Below the pieces are notes generated by a model. That model worked only from the letters and a program-made list of their open reading frames with translations, had not been told where the DNA came from and made no database searches. DNA of 29,589 bases from a virus (lineage: Duplodnaviria > Caudoviricetes), in IMG/VR virus record IMGVR_UViG_3300044616_000248, positions 1 through 29,589 of that record; one strand, written 5' to 3'. Below are positions 8,587 through 17,426 of this stretch, piece after piece. How positions within the stretch are numbered: position 1 is the first letter of the stretch; each line of letters begins with the position of its first letter. Made by a program: the position numbers and the translations under genes.

Positions 8587-9858
8587 ATGGAAGAAACCAA
8601 CAAAAAACCTGATGATCAGGTCCAAGACTCTACAACGGTAGGTCAGGTAGATGTAAATATTGATGAGCTATTTGGAATGCCTGGTGCTGAAAGTGTAATG
8701 CTTCCATCAGATGATTCAGATAATAATAAACAAATGTCAGTCTTTTCTAAACCAAAAGATGTAGACACAACGTTCCTTGACAAACCTGCAACTAAAGCAG
8801 GTGATGATAGTAGTGATAATAACACTAATGTTTCTACAGCAGAAGTTGATGAGGCAATTGCTCAACTTGATGACATGATCACTCAAGAAGAAGAGACTGG
8901 AAATAAAGGAAGACCAAAGGTTGATAAATCTGGTCTTTCTGAGTTGGCTCAGAAAATGATTGAGGAAGGTACACTTATTCCATTTGATGATGATAAACCA
9001 TTAGAGGAATATACTACCAAAGACTTCCGTGAATTATTTGAAGCTAACTTTCAAGAAAGAGAAAATAAAATTAGACAAGATACTCCAAGAGAGTTCTTTC
9101 AATCTCTTCCAGAAGAACTTCAGATTGCAGCTAAATATGTAGCAGATGGTGGCACAGACCTTAAGTCTTTATTTAGAACTCTTGCTCAAGTTGAAGAAGT
9201 AGTTCAATTAGATCCATCAAATGAATATGATCAAGCAGAGATTGCAAGACAATATCTTTATGCTACTCAATTTGGTACTCCTGAAGAAATTGAATCTGAA
9301 ATTAATGATTGGGCTGATCTAGGTAAACTTGAGCAAAAAGCAAATCAGTTCAAGCCTAAGTTAGATGCAATGCAAGAAGAAATTATTGCAAGACAGTTAG
9401 CAGAGCAAGAAGCAAGAAAAGAACAACAAGCTGCACAGGCAAAAATGTATACGGATAATGTATATAATACTTTGTCAAAAGGAGAACTTGGTGGAGTTAA
9501 GCTTGATAGAAAAGTACAAAGTTTATTGTACTCTGGATTAGTTCAACCTAACTATCCATCCATATCAGGTAAACCTACTAACATGTTAGGTCACTTACTA
9601 GAAAAGTATCAGTTTGTTGAACCAAGACATGATCTTATTGCAGAAGCACTTTGGTTGCTTGCAGATCCAGATGGATATAAAGGTAAGATCAAAGAACAAG
9701 GTTCAAAGAAAACAGTTGAAGATACTGTAAGAAAATTAAAAACAGAAGAAAGTAGAAAGATTAGTTCATCTACTATTTCTGAAGATAATGATACAAGAAG
9801 AACACAAAAACAACAAAGAACTATCTCAAGACCAAATAATTTGTTCAAGAGATTTTAA
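8587..9858 (+). CDS. putative capsid scaffolding/assembly protein (crAss portal-MCP intervening gene)
   Basis: Highly acidic, low-complexity N-terminus and helical/coiled-coil C-terminus, located between portal and MCP. Confidence 0.65.
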   Translation: MEETNKKPDDQVQDSTTVGQVDVNIDELFGMPGAESVMLPSDDSDNNKQMSVFSKPKDVDTTFLDKPATKAGDDSSDNNTNVSTAEVDEAIAQLDDMITQEEETGNKGRPKVDKSGLSELAQKMIEEGTLIPFDDDKPLEEYTTKDFRELFEANFQERENKIRQDTPREFFQSLPEELQIAAKYVADGGTDLKSLFRTLAQVEEVVQLDPSNEYDQAEIARQYLYATQFGTPEEIESEINDWADLGKLEQKANQFKPKLDAMQEEIIARQLAEQEARKEQQAAQAKMYTDNVYNTLSKGELGGVKLDRKVQSLLYSGLVQPNYPSISGKPTNMLGHLLEKYQFVEPRHDLIAEALWLLADPDGYKGKIKEQGSKKTVEDTVRKLKTEESRKISSSTISEDNDTRRTQKQQRTISRPNNLFKRF

Positions 9859-9886
9859 TTAGTAACAATTTAAATTAATATATACA

Positions 9887-11503
9887 ATGGCAACTCCAGT
9901 AATGAACAATGGTATATTCCTTAGGGATACCGCTTACAACGCAAGTTCCCATGTGGATTCTTACCACTTGGTGAACATGCTGAAAGATGCAGAGCCAATG
10001 GACCTTGGTCCAGTGGATCTTTGGGCTATGTCCCAAAAGGTTGAAATGCCTCTTTATCAAATGTCATCATTTGGTGGAAAAAATGTTATCATGGTAGATA
10101 ACGCACGTGGGGAATACAGATGGCAGACTCCAGTCTCTATTGACCTTCCTTACATTGTTGAGGATATTGAACCAGACAATGACTATAAAGGTGTTGATGG
10201 TACTACATTCCGTATCAAACTTAACAAAAGAGAATTTGGACATGGTGATATTATCACTTATGACAAATATAATGGTGTTGAGATGTACATTACACAAGAA
10301 GATATCCTCCCATTAGGTGATGGTTTTATCTATACTGTGCAATTGGTAAACAATGACAACTACAAATACATTGACAACAAGTATTTGGCTAATGGTACTA
10401 AAGTATTCCGTAAAGGTTCTGCAAGAGGTGAGTATGGTGAAAGATTTTCTGACATCATCACTAATGCTGGTTTCCGTGAATTCTACAACTACGTAGGTGG
10501 TGCAGAAGCTCACGTACACTACTCTATCTCTAGCCGTGCTGACTTGATGATCAAAGGTGGTATGAATGCAGATGGTACAGTTCCTGTAACTGAGATCTGG
10601 AGAAACTTTGACAAAACTATGGACCCATCTATTTCTTCTTTGGAAGACATGGTAAAAGTTATGGGTAAAGATGCTGTTAAAAAAGCATTTGACAATGGTA
10701 ACTTGTCACGTACATTCTTGACCAATATGGAAGCTGCTCACTTGAGCAAAATTGCAATTGACATTGAAACATACCTCATGTGGGGTCATGGTGGTAGAGT
10801 ACGTCAGGATGGTCCAGATGATGTTAGATTGTCTGTGGGTCTTTGGAAGCAGTTGGATAACTCATTCAAAAGAGTATACAACAAAAATAACTTCACACTT
10901 GACTTGTTCCGTTCTGAGATCTACAACTTCTTCAATGGTAAGGTTGAGTTCCAAGGTCCAGATCCAAAACGTAGCTTGATTGTACAAACTGGTATGGGTG
11001 GTATGAGAATGGTTAATGAGGCTATCAAACAAGAGGCTATCTCTTCTGGTCTTCTTATCCAGGCTGCTGATATCGGTGCAATCACTGGTAAAGGTATGGA
11101 CTTGAACTTTGGTTTTGCATATACTTCATATGTAATCCCATTCTTGGCAAATGTTAAGTTTGTTCTTAACCCAGCATTTGACAATGTTCATACAAATGAT
11201 ATTGAGAACCCAATCATTGATGGTTTCCCATTATCTTCTTACTCATTCATTATCTTTGACATCACTGATAACACTAATGACAACATCTTCTTATTGAAGT
11301 TGTCTTGGGACAATCAATTGAAATGGTGGTATCAAAATGGTACTATGGACTACATGGGACGTAGCCAAGGCTTCCAGTCTTCTGGTCAGTTCAATGGTTA
11401 CCGTGTAATGATGAGCCAAACAATGCCAGCAATCTGGGTTAAAGACCCAACTAAAGTGTTGAAAATTGTTATGAGAAACCCTGTAACAGGTGGATCATTC
11501 TAA
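9887..11503 (+). CDS. major capsid protein, crAss-like
   Basis: 538 aa in portal-scaffold-MCP synteny. Visibly shifted high-expression codon usage (AAC, TTC, CGT, GAC) and a strong terminator directly after. Confidence 0.88.
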   Translation: MATPVMNNGIFLRDTAYNASSHVDSYHLVNMLKDAEPMDLGPVDLWAMSQKVEMPLYQMSSFGGKNVIMVDNARGEYRWQTPVSIDLPYIVEDIEPDNDYKGVDGTTFRIKLNKREFGHGDIITYDKYNGVEMYITQEDILPLGDGFIYTVQLVNNDNYKYIDNKYLANGTKVFRKGSARGEYGERFSDIITNAGFREFYNYVGGAEAHVHYSISSRADLMIKGGMNADGTVPVTEIWRNFDKTMDPSISSLEDMVKVMGKDAVKKAFDNGNLSRTFLTNMEAAHLSKIAIDIETYLMWGHGGRVRQDGPDDVRLSVGLWKQLDNSFKRVYNKNNFTLDLFRSEIYNFFNGKVEFQGPDPKRSLIVQTGMGGMRMVNEAIKQEAISSGLLIQAADIGAITGKGMDLNFGFAYTSYVIPFLANVKFVLNPAFDNVHTNDIENPIIDGFPLSSYSFIIFDITDNTNDNIFLLKLSWDNQLKWWYQNGTMDYMGRSQGFQSSGQFNGYRVMMSQTMPAIWVKDPTKVLKIVMRNPVTGGSF

Positions 11504-11520
11504 TCTAAACTAGAAAGGAT

Positions 11521-11548
11521 AGGGAGGGGGAAACTCCTCCCTTTTTTT
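11521..11548 (+). terminator. Rho-independent terminator after MCP
   Basis: AGGGAGGGG-GAAA-CTCCTCCCT followed by a T-tract. Confidence 0.9.
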
Positions 11549-11586
11549 CTTTATATTTAACCAACAAATAATAAAACCAACAAAAC

Positions 11587-12603
11587 ATGGAAAATTTCAC
11601 AATGGTAGAAACCGGTGGAGGGAGAGTAAAGCAAACAGCTATTGCAGTCCGCCCGTTCTTTGACAACTCAGTCTCTAATATGGGATTGGAAAATTATGGC
11701 TTATCTCTATATGATGGAGTTAAGCACTTTGAACAACTTGCTTGCCTTGAGCAAAATGGAGTTATTAGATATCTTACTGGTCTAAATGAATTTGCACCAG
11801 AGATTAAACTTCTTAAAGCTGAAGACAAAGAAGCAAGAGTAAGAGAAATTAGAACTGCTGTTGCTGAACTTGAAACAGAGTTAGCAGCAAATGTTTTAGA
11901 TATTGAGGATCCTCAGTTCTGGAATAAAGTAAAATTACTTAAGCCTGACAATAAAGAATTCTGGAATAGAATTAATATTGCTTGTGGTAATGAACCTGTA
12001 TTCTTAGATCCTACAGATCCCTATGATAGAATTAAACTATATGCTATTGAAGCTGGTGGTTTTTCTATTGTAGCAAAAAGTTTTGATGATGCAAGATCAA
12101 GAGCTGTTCCGCCTAAGTTTTACTTAGATAAACAAGAGCAGACAGTTATTGCAAGAACTGAATACAAGAAAATGCGTAACAAAGCACTTTCTGAACTTCA
12201 GAAATTATTTGACAAGAACAGTACTAAACTATTCTACGTAGCTAAAGTAGTAGATGGTAACAGTACACAATATAGAAAGTCAACACCTAATGATGTTATG
12301 TATGAGAATATGGACTTGTATATTAATGGAGAAGGAGTTGAAAGCAACAAAGAAAGAGCAGCTAAGTCTTTCCTTGAAGCTGTAAACATGGATATGGAAA
12401 CACTAAAAATTAAATCAATTGTTAGAGATTCCGTATTTTTTAAGTATATTATTAATAAGGCTGATGGTTATATTTATCACGCTAAGACTAATGCATTATT
12501 AGGAAGAAACGTGTCAGATGTAATTGAGTATTTAAAGAGTCCTCTTAATGAGGATGTTCTTACAGATCTCAACAAAGCTTGTGAGAAATTTTGGAACTCT
12601 TAA
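11587..12603 (+). CDS. conserved crAss-like protein following MCP (probable virion/assembly protein)
   Basis: 338-aa ORF in the conserved position after MCP. No catalytic motif recognised. Confidence 0.6.
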   Translation: MENFTMVETGGGRVKQTAIAVRPFFDNSVSNMGLENYGLSLYDGVKHFEQLACLEQNGVIRYLTGLNEFAPEIKLLKAEDKEARVREIRTAVAELETELAANVLDIEDPQFWNKVKLLKPDNKEFWNRINIACGNEPVFLDPTDPYDRIKLYAIEAGGFSIVAKSFDDARSRAVPPKFYLDKQEQTVIARTEYKKMRNKALSELQKLFDKNSTKLFYVAKVVDGNSTQYRKSTPNDVMYENMDLYINGEGVESNKERAAKSFLEAVNMDMETLKIKSIVRDSVFFKYIINKADGYIYHAKTNALLGRNVSDVIEYLKSPLNEDVLTDLNKACEKFWNS

Positions 12604-12614
12604 AACTAAATAAA

Positions 12615-13019
12615 ATGAAAAAATATCAATCTGGTGGTTCTATGCAAGAAACAAAAAAAGCTAGAAAAACTATGGAATCTGGATATAAACCAGCACAAAA
12701 TGCACCAAAAGTAACTATTAGTCCTAGCAGTGGTTCTAGTAAAACACCTGTTAAAAAGGCATCTACTAAAAAAGCAAATCCCCCACGTGGAACAATGGAT
12801 CTAATTAGAGGATCTAAAAAATCAGATTATGAGGGTACTGTTACTCTAGCTGCACAAAAAGGCGGCTCTGTTAAAAAATATAAGACAGGTGGTATGGTAA
12901 ATTCTAATCCAAAAGCTTCAGCATCCAAAGTTGCTAGAGGTAGAGTTGGTGGAATTAGTTCTGCTCCAAAAACTGCTGTACCTAAAGCTAAGTATGGCAT
13001 GTCAATGCGTAAAAAATAA
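12615..13019 (+). CDS. Lys-rich low-complexity protein with xxGG motifs
   Basis: Track start is TTG 12591, but ATG 12615 after AAATAAA is more likely. Contains KYQSGGS, AQKGGSV, KYKTGGMV. Confidence 0.7.
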   Translation: MKKYQSGGSMQETKKARKTMESGYKPAQNAPKVTISPSSGSSKTPVKKASTKKANPPRGTMDLIRGSKKSDYEGTVTLAAQKGGSVKKYKTGGMVNSNPKASASKVARGRVGGISSAPKTAVPKAKYGMSMRKK

Positions 13020-13216
13020 TGGCAACTAAAAAAACAACTAAGAGTAAAGTAAACCAGGCTGGTGTCTACACTAAGCCTGGTATGCGTAAGTCTCTTTTTG
13101 AGAGAATTAAAGCTGGTACTAAAGGTGGAGATCCTGGAGAATGGTCTGCAAGAAAAGCACAACTTTTAGCTAAAGAATATAAGTCTAAAGGTGGTGGTTA
13201 TAAAACTAAGAAGTAA
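13019..13216 (+). CDS. small basic protein, DUF5872-like N-terminal half
   Basis: YTKPGMRK...KGGDPGEWSARKAQLLAKEYKSKGGGY recalled as the DUF5872-type signature. Confidence 0.65.
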   Translation: MATKKTTKSKVNQAGVYTKPGMRKSLFERIKAGTKGGDPGEWSARKAQLLAKEYKSKGGGYKTKK

Positions 13217-13482
13217 TGGGTAAAGATCCTCAACAAAGTCTTAGAGATTGGTCTGCTCAAAAGTGGATGACTTCTGGTACCTATGCTAATAAAAAGAAGG
13301 GTAAGAATAAAGAAGTAAAATCTAAGGGTTCAAAGAGATATTTGCCAGAAGCTGCTTGGGGATCATTATCAGCAGGAGAAAAAGCTGCTACTAATAAAGC
13401 AAAAGCTGCAGGTAACAGTAAAGGAAAACAATTTGTTAAACAACCAAAAAATATTGCGGCAAAGGCTGCAAGACATAGATGA
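13216..13482 (+). CDS. small basic protein, DUF5872-like C-terminal half
   Basis: QQSLRDWSAQKW...RYLPEAAW..LS..EKAATNKAK....KGKQFV. TAATG overlap with the previous ORF. Confidence 0.65.
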   Translation: MGKDPQQSLRDWSAQKWMTSGTYANKKKGKNKEVKSKGSKRYLPEAAWGSLSAGEKAATNKAKAAGNSKGKQFVKQPKNIAAKAARHR

Positions 13483-13982
13483 ATAAACCTGATTTAATAC
13501 TGGATGTTATCTCTAAAGAAGAAGAGCAAGAGTTATTATCCGAATTAAATAAGGAGGACACAGATATAGTATCTAATAAGTATGATAGATCAGGTTTAAT
13601 AAGATATGGAGACTCAGCTGATAGTAGTTATGTAAAATCAGAAGTCATTCCAGAATATTTAATAAACTTATCTAATAAACTTGTAGAACAAAAGATACTA
13701 GATGAGTTACCTGCTTCTATAACAATTAATGTTTATGATGAAGGTTACTCAATTAGTCCGCACATAGATAGAATAGAATATGGACCAGTGGTTACTATAT
13801 TAAGTATTTTATCTGATGCAGAACTTGTATTGTTAAATAATAGTAAAAAGATAAATATTAATTTACCATCAAGATCAGTAATTCAGTTAAAAGGTGAGTA
13901 TAGAAACATTTGGAAACATGCAATACTACCAGTTAAAGCAAAAAGAATATCTATAGTGTTTAGAAAAAAAATAAGTAACTAA
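13479..13982 (+). CDS. AlkB-like 2OG-Fe(II) dioxygenase
   Basis: INVY...ISPHID (HxD), WKHAI (distal His) and RISIVFR (RxxxxxR) motifs. Confidence 0.85.
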   Translation: MNKPDLILDVISKEEEQELLSELNKEDTDIVSNKYDRSGLIRYGDSADSSYVKSEVIPEYLINLSNKLVEQKILDELPASITINVYDEGYSISPHIDRIEYGPVVTILSILSDAELVLLNNSKKININLPSRSVIQLKGEYRNIWKHAILPVKAKRISIVFRKKISN

Positions 13983-14428
13983 TGGCAAAGACAAGAGCAC
14001 AACAAGCAGCAATAGCTATCTCTATGAAGAAGGCTGGTAAGAAACCTAAAATGCAAAATGGTGGAACTCCTTCTATTACTATGAGAAAAGTATCTTCAAA
14101 TGATCCTTATGAAAAAGCAAAAAGAGATTATGAAATGAAGAAACTTACTCTAGATGCTAAGCATAAAATGGATAAATTAAAAGCATCTAAAAAAATGCAA
14201 GATGGTGGTTCTACAAGATCTGTTCAAGGTGCGCCTAAACCAGCTAAATTAACTCCATCACAAACAATGAAAACTGTTAGATGGGATGGTGGTAATACTG
14301 GTTTACAAGTACCTAGTTATATGGTAAATGAAACAGGTAATCCATTACCTCAGTATGAAGCAACGGTAAAAGATAGACTTAAGAAAGCAGGTAAATTATC
14401 TTTTGGTGGTACAATAAAGAAAAAATAA
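13982..14428 (+). CDS. Lys-rich protein with xxGG motifs
   Basis: AQQAAIAISMKKAGKKPK N-terminus. Contains KMQNGG, KMQDGG, LSFGG. Confidence 0.7.
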   Translation: MAKTRAQQAAIAISMKKAGKKPKMQNGGTPSITMRKVSSNDPYEKAKRDYEMKKLTLDAKHKMDKLKASKKMQDGGSTRSVQGAPKPAKLTPSQTMKTVRWDGGNTGLQVPSYMVNETGNPLPQYEATVKDRLKKAGKLSFGGTIKKK

Positions 14429-14429
14429 A

Positions 14430-14711
14430 ATGGCAAAGTCACCAGCATGGCAAAGAAAAGCAGGAAAGAATCCATCAGGAGGTCTTAATGCTAAAGGTGT
14501 GGCTTCTTATAGAAGAGAGAATCCGGGCAGCAAACTTAAAACTGCTGTGACAACTAAACCATCAAAACTTGCTCCAGATAGTAAAGATGCTAAAAGGAGA
14601 AAATCATTTTGTAGCAGAATGTCCGGAATGAAGAAGAAAAACACAAGTGCAAAGACTGCTAATGATCCTAACTCAAGGATTAATAAGTCTTTAAGAAAGT
14701 GGAACTGTTAA
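14430..14711 (+). CDS. small basic phage protein, DUF6321-like
   Basis: AWQRKAGKNPSGGLN.KG..SY...NPGS.L...RRKSFC.RM...DPNSRINKSLRKWNC pattern, recalled from aquatic phages. Confidence 0.7.
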   Translation: MAKSPAWQRKAGKNPSGGLNAKGVASYRRENPGSKLKTAVTTKPSKLAPDSKDAKRRKSFCSRMSGMKKKNTSAKTANDPNSRINKSLRKWNC

Positions 14712-14723
14712 AATTTATATATT

Positions 14724-15146
14724 ATGAAAAAAATGTGTGCTAAGTGTGGCGGCTCTGTGAAAAAAATGGCTAAAGGTGGTTCAATGAAAACTACTGTAGG
14801 TTCTAAGTCTGCTAAATCTTTTATTGCTGGTATTCCAAATAGTGGTCCAACAGGTCCTAACTATCAAGGTGTAGACACTATGAAAAAAGGTGGTATGGTT
14901 AAAAAGAAATATGCTAAGGGTGGTTCATCATTTGGCATGCTTTCAGTAAAAGCTGGTATTGATAAAAATCCTAATCCTACTGCAGCAGATAGAATTGCTG
15001 GTGCTAAAAAGAAAGCTAAGTTTGGTGCATCTGTTCCAGTACAACATTCTCCAGCTCCAGGTAGAGTTAGATCTTCATCTGGTGTAGGTACTGTTCCTGT
15101 GGGCGCACGCAAGAAAATGGGTGGTTCTATTAGAAAAAAGAAATAA
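14724..15146 (+). CDS. Lys-rich protein with multiple xxGG motifs
   Basis: Contains AKCGGSV, MAKGGSM, MKKGGMV, YAKGGS, KKMGGSI. Confidence 0.7.
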   Translation: MKKMCAKCGGSVKKMAKGGSMKTTVGSKSAKSFIAGIPNSGPTGPNYQGVDTMKKGGMVKKKYAKGGSSFGMLSVKAGIDKNPNPTAADRIAGAKKKAKFGASVPVQHSPAPGRVRSSSGVGTVPVGARKKMGGSIRKKK

Positions 15147-15148
15147 TC

Positions 15149-15439
15149 ATGAAAGCACCAGGTAAATTAAAACCAATGATTGGTCCTGTACCTAGTACAG
15201 TTAAAAAACCTTTAAAGGCTGGTATGTATGCTAAACCTGTGCCTAAGAAAATGGCAGAAGGTGGTAACTGGATTCAAGGTGCAATCAAAAAACCAGGAGC
15301 TCTTAGAGAACAACTTGGTGTTAAAAAAGGTGAAAAGATTCCTAAAGCTAAATTAGCTGCAGCGGCTAAAAAAGGTGGCAAGCTTGGTCAAAGAGCAAGA
15401 CTTGCTATTACTCTTGGTAAAATGAATAAAAAGAAATAA
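15149..15439 (+). CDS. small basic phage protein (WIQGAIKKPGALR type)
   Basis: KMAEGG followed by NWIQGAIKKPGALREQLG...GQRARLA. Confidence 0.7.
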   Translation: MKAPGKLKPMIGPVPSTVKKPLKAGMYAKPVPKKMAEGGNWIQGAIKKPGALREQLGVKKGEKIPKAKLAAAAKKGGKLGQRARLAITLGKMNKKK

Positions 15440-15440
15440 A

Positions 15441-16202
15441 ATGAAAAAGACAACTAAAACTAAAATGGGTCCTCTAGGCACCCCACTTGGAAATCCACTT
15501 GGATATTTTAATTCTCAAAAAGCAAAAAGATCTGCTCCGACAAAACAAAATTTAAGAAAAGCTCAAGATGGCAGAGCTGTAGGACCAATGGAAAAAGGTA
15601 CTGTAGAATATTTAGATACTAAATATCCAGGCACAGCATTGAAATTTCAAGGACCATATTCTAATGATTATATGGATAATCAAAGAGAAAAGGTAGCTCA
15701 AACATATGATGCTTTTTCATGGGGAACTGCTGCGGATTTAGAGGATACTTTAAGAAAAAATGAAGAGAATCAAATAAGAAGTTGGAGAGATGACTTTAAT
15801 TCAGGTACTGGCCTTAGTAAAGCAGATGCCTATCGTAAAGGAGGTTCTGTTAAAAAGAAACCTATTATAAAAAAAGGAGGTTCTGTAAAAAAAATGCAAA
15901 AGGGTGGTCCTACATATAGTGAAATTAGTAATACACGTGGAGTTGGTATTGTTAAAAATACATCAACTATAGGTGGTGGAAAAAAAGAAAAAGAAAAAAG
16001 TTATAATTTAGGATATGCTGGTCCTAGTAGTGCCAAAGTTACAGTAAGAAAGTATGATAATCAAGGTGATCTTAAAAATACAAGATCAAGGTCTACCACA
16101 CCTGAAAAAGTAGATAAATATGTTGCTAAAAATGAAAGTAAAATTTCATATAAAAAAGGCGGTACTACTAGAAAAGTAACTTCTATTAAAAGAAAAAAAT
16201 AA
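15441..16202 (+). CDS. Lys-rich protein with multiple xxGG motifs
   Basis: Contains YRKGGSV, IKKGGSV, MQKGGP, YKKGGT. Confidence 0.7.
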   Translation: MKKTTKTKMGPLGTPLGNPLGYFNSQKAKRSAPTKQNLRKAQDGRAVGPMEKGTVEYLDTKYPGTALKFQGPYSNDYMDNQREKVAQTYDAFSWGTAADLEDTLRKNEENQIRSWRDDFNSGTGLSKADAYRKGGSVKKKPIIKKGGSVKKMQKGGPTYSEISNTRGVGIVKNTSTIGGGKKEKEKSYNLGYAGPSSAKVTVRKYDNQGDLKNTRSRSTTPEKVDKYVAKNESKISYKKGGTTRKVTSIKRKK

Positions 16203-16205
16203 CAA

Positions 16206-16904
16206 ATGTTAAACAGTACAATTGAAATAAAGATTAAGCAACGGCTAAATAAATTAGATAGCCAGGACTATGACAACATTGAATGTTGGCAAATAGTTGA
16301 GGCATTTAATAAAGCACAAGTTGAGTGGACTAGAAGACAATTGCACGGAATTAATATTGTTAAAGAAGGTGATGAAGGTTCAACTAGAAGAAAAGATGAT
16401 CTTCAAGTTCTTTTAAATACTCAAGCTATTTCACTTACTAATGAGCAATACTATTATTTTGGTAATCTTCCAGAAAATTATCTTCAGTGGAAAAGGGTAG
16501 ATGCTTATGCTAAAAATGAGTGTTGTGAAAAAAGAAGAATGACAGTCTATCTTGTACAAGAAGGAGATCTTAACATTCTTTTAAGAGATAAAGCTAAACA
16601 ACCAAATTTTGAATGGGCCGAAACTTTTGCTACTCTTATTGGTAATACAACACACATATATACAGATGGTAAATTTGAAATTCAAAATGCTAATCTTATA
16701 TATTATAGACAACCCATTAAAATTCAAATTCAAGATTGTGTAGATCCTTATACAGGAATTCAATCCACACAAAATGTAGAATGTGAATTTAAAGATGATA
16801 TTGTAGAAGTAATAATTGATGAAGCAGTAAGTATTCTTGCTGGAGATATTGAATCAGGTAATCAGTTCTCAAGAGGAACAGAAACTGCAGAACGTAACAA
16901 CTAA
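16206..16904 (+). CDS. putative head-tail ring/adaptor protein
   Basis: FNKAQ..W...EGSTRRKDDLQVLL...LPENYL...YYRQP...EIIDEAV-like pattern (VIIDEAV) as in crAss-like ring proteins, plus synteny. Confidence 0.65.
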   Translation: MLNSTIEIKIKQRLNKLDSQDYDNIECWQIVEAFNKAQVEWTRRQLHGINIVKEGDEGSTRRKDDLQVLLNTQAISLTNEQYYYFGNLPENYLQWKRVDAYAKNECCEKRRMTVYLVQEGDLNILLRDKAKQPNFEWAETFATLIGNTTHIYTDGKFEIQNANLIYYRQPIKIQIQDCVDPYTGIQSTQNVECEFKDDIVEVIIDEAVSILAGDIESGNQFSRGTETAERNN

Positions 16905-16906
16905 TC

Positions 16907-17425
16907 ATGGAAACAAAAACAAGACTATTAAAAAGAAATCCTGAGCCTGCAAAAACACTTAGCAGACCTCAGCCTGTTGTTACACAACCTAAAGAAGAAC
17001 CTGCTAAACCACAACCTACTCCGGATGCTGGAGTTGGCGGAAGCTCATTGGATACTATGACTGCAGCATGTGCAACAGAGATGATGAATGCAGCTACTAG
17101 TTTTCATAGACTTCACTTAAAAGTTAAAGGTGACGGTTCTTATGCAGCACATAAAGCTCTTGGAGATTTTTATGACGGCCTTCATGGTCACGCAGATACT
17201 TTAGTAGAAGGATACCAAGGCGTAGCAGAGAAACTTTTAACTTACAAAGACATGCCCATTAGAACACTAGATACAACTGCAGATGCTGTAGGATATCTTA
17301 GAGATCTATACAATACAATTAACAAACTCCAGGGCATGATGCCGTACTCTGAGATTGTAAATAACCTAGATTTAGTTAAGGATTCAATTAACTCAACTAA
17401 GTATAAATTACTTTTCTTAAAATAA
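16907..17425 (+). CDS. ferritin/Dps-like protein (DUF5856-like) with Pro-rich N-terminal extension
   Basis: FHRLHL...SYAAHKALGDFYDGL..HADTLVEGYQG four-helix-bundle signature, ending KYKLLFLK. Confidence 0.75.
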   Translation: METKTRLLKRNPEPAKTLSRPQPVVTQPKEEPAKPQPTPDAGVGGSSLDTMTAACATEMMNAATSFHRLHLKVKGDGSYAAHKALGDFYDGLHGHADTLVEGYQGVAEKLLTYKDMPIRTLDTTADAVGYLRDLYNTINKLQGMMPYSEIVNNLDLVKDSINSTKYKLLFLK

Positions 17426-17426
17426 T

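Noticed and set aside
3537-11503. Inteins, introns or stop-codon recoding in terL, portal or MCP (frequent in some crAss-like phages)
   Set aside because: The ORFs are continuous under the standard code, with no intein splice motifs or homing endonuclease ORFs recognised.
15837-15893. Direct repeat AAAGGAGGTTCTGT(T/A)AAAAA, twice
   Set aside because: Only two copies, in frame, encoding KGGSVKK. Explained by the peptide motif, not a CRISPR array or att site.
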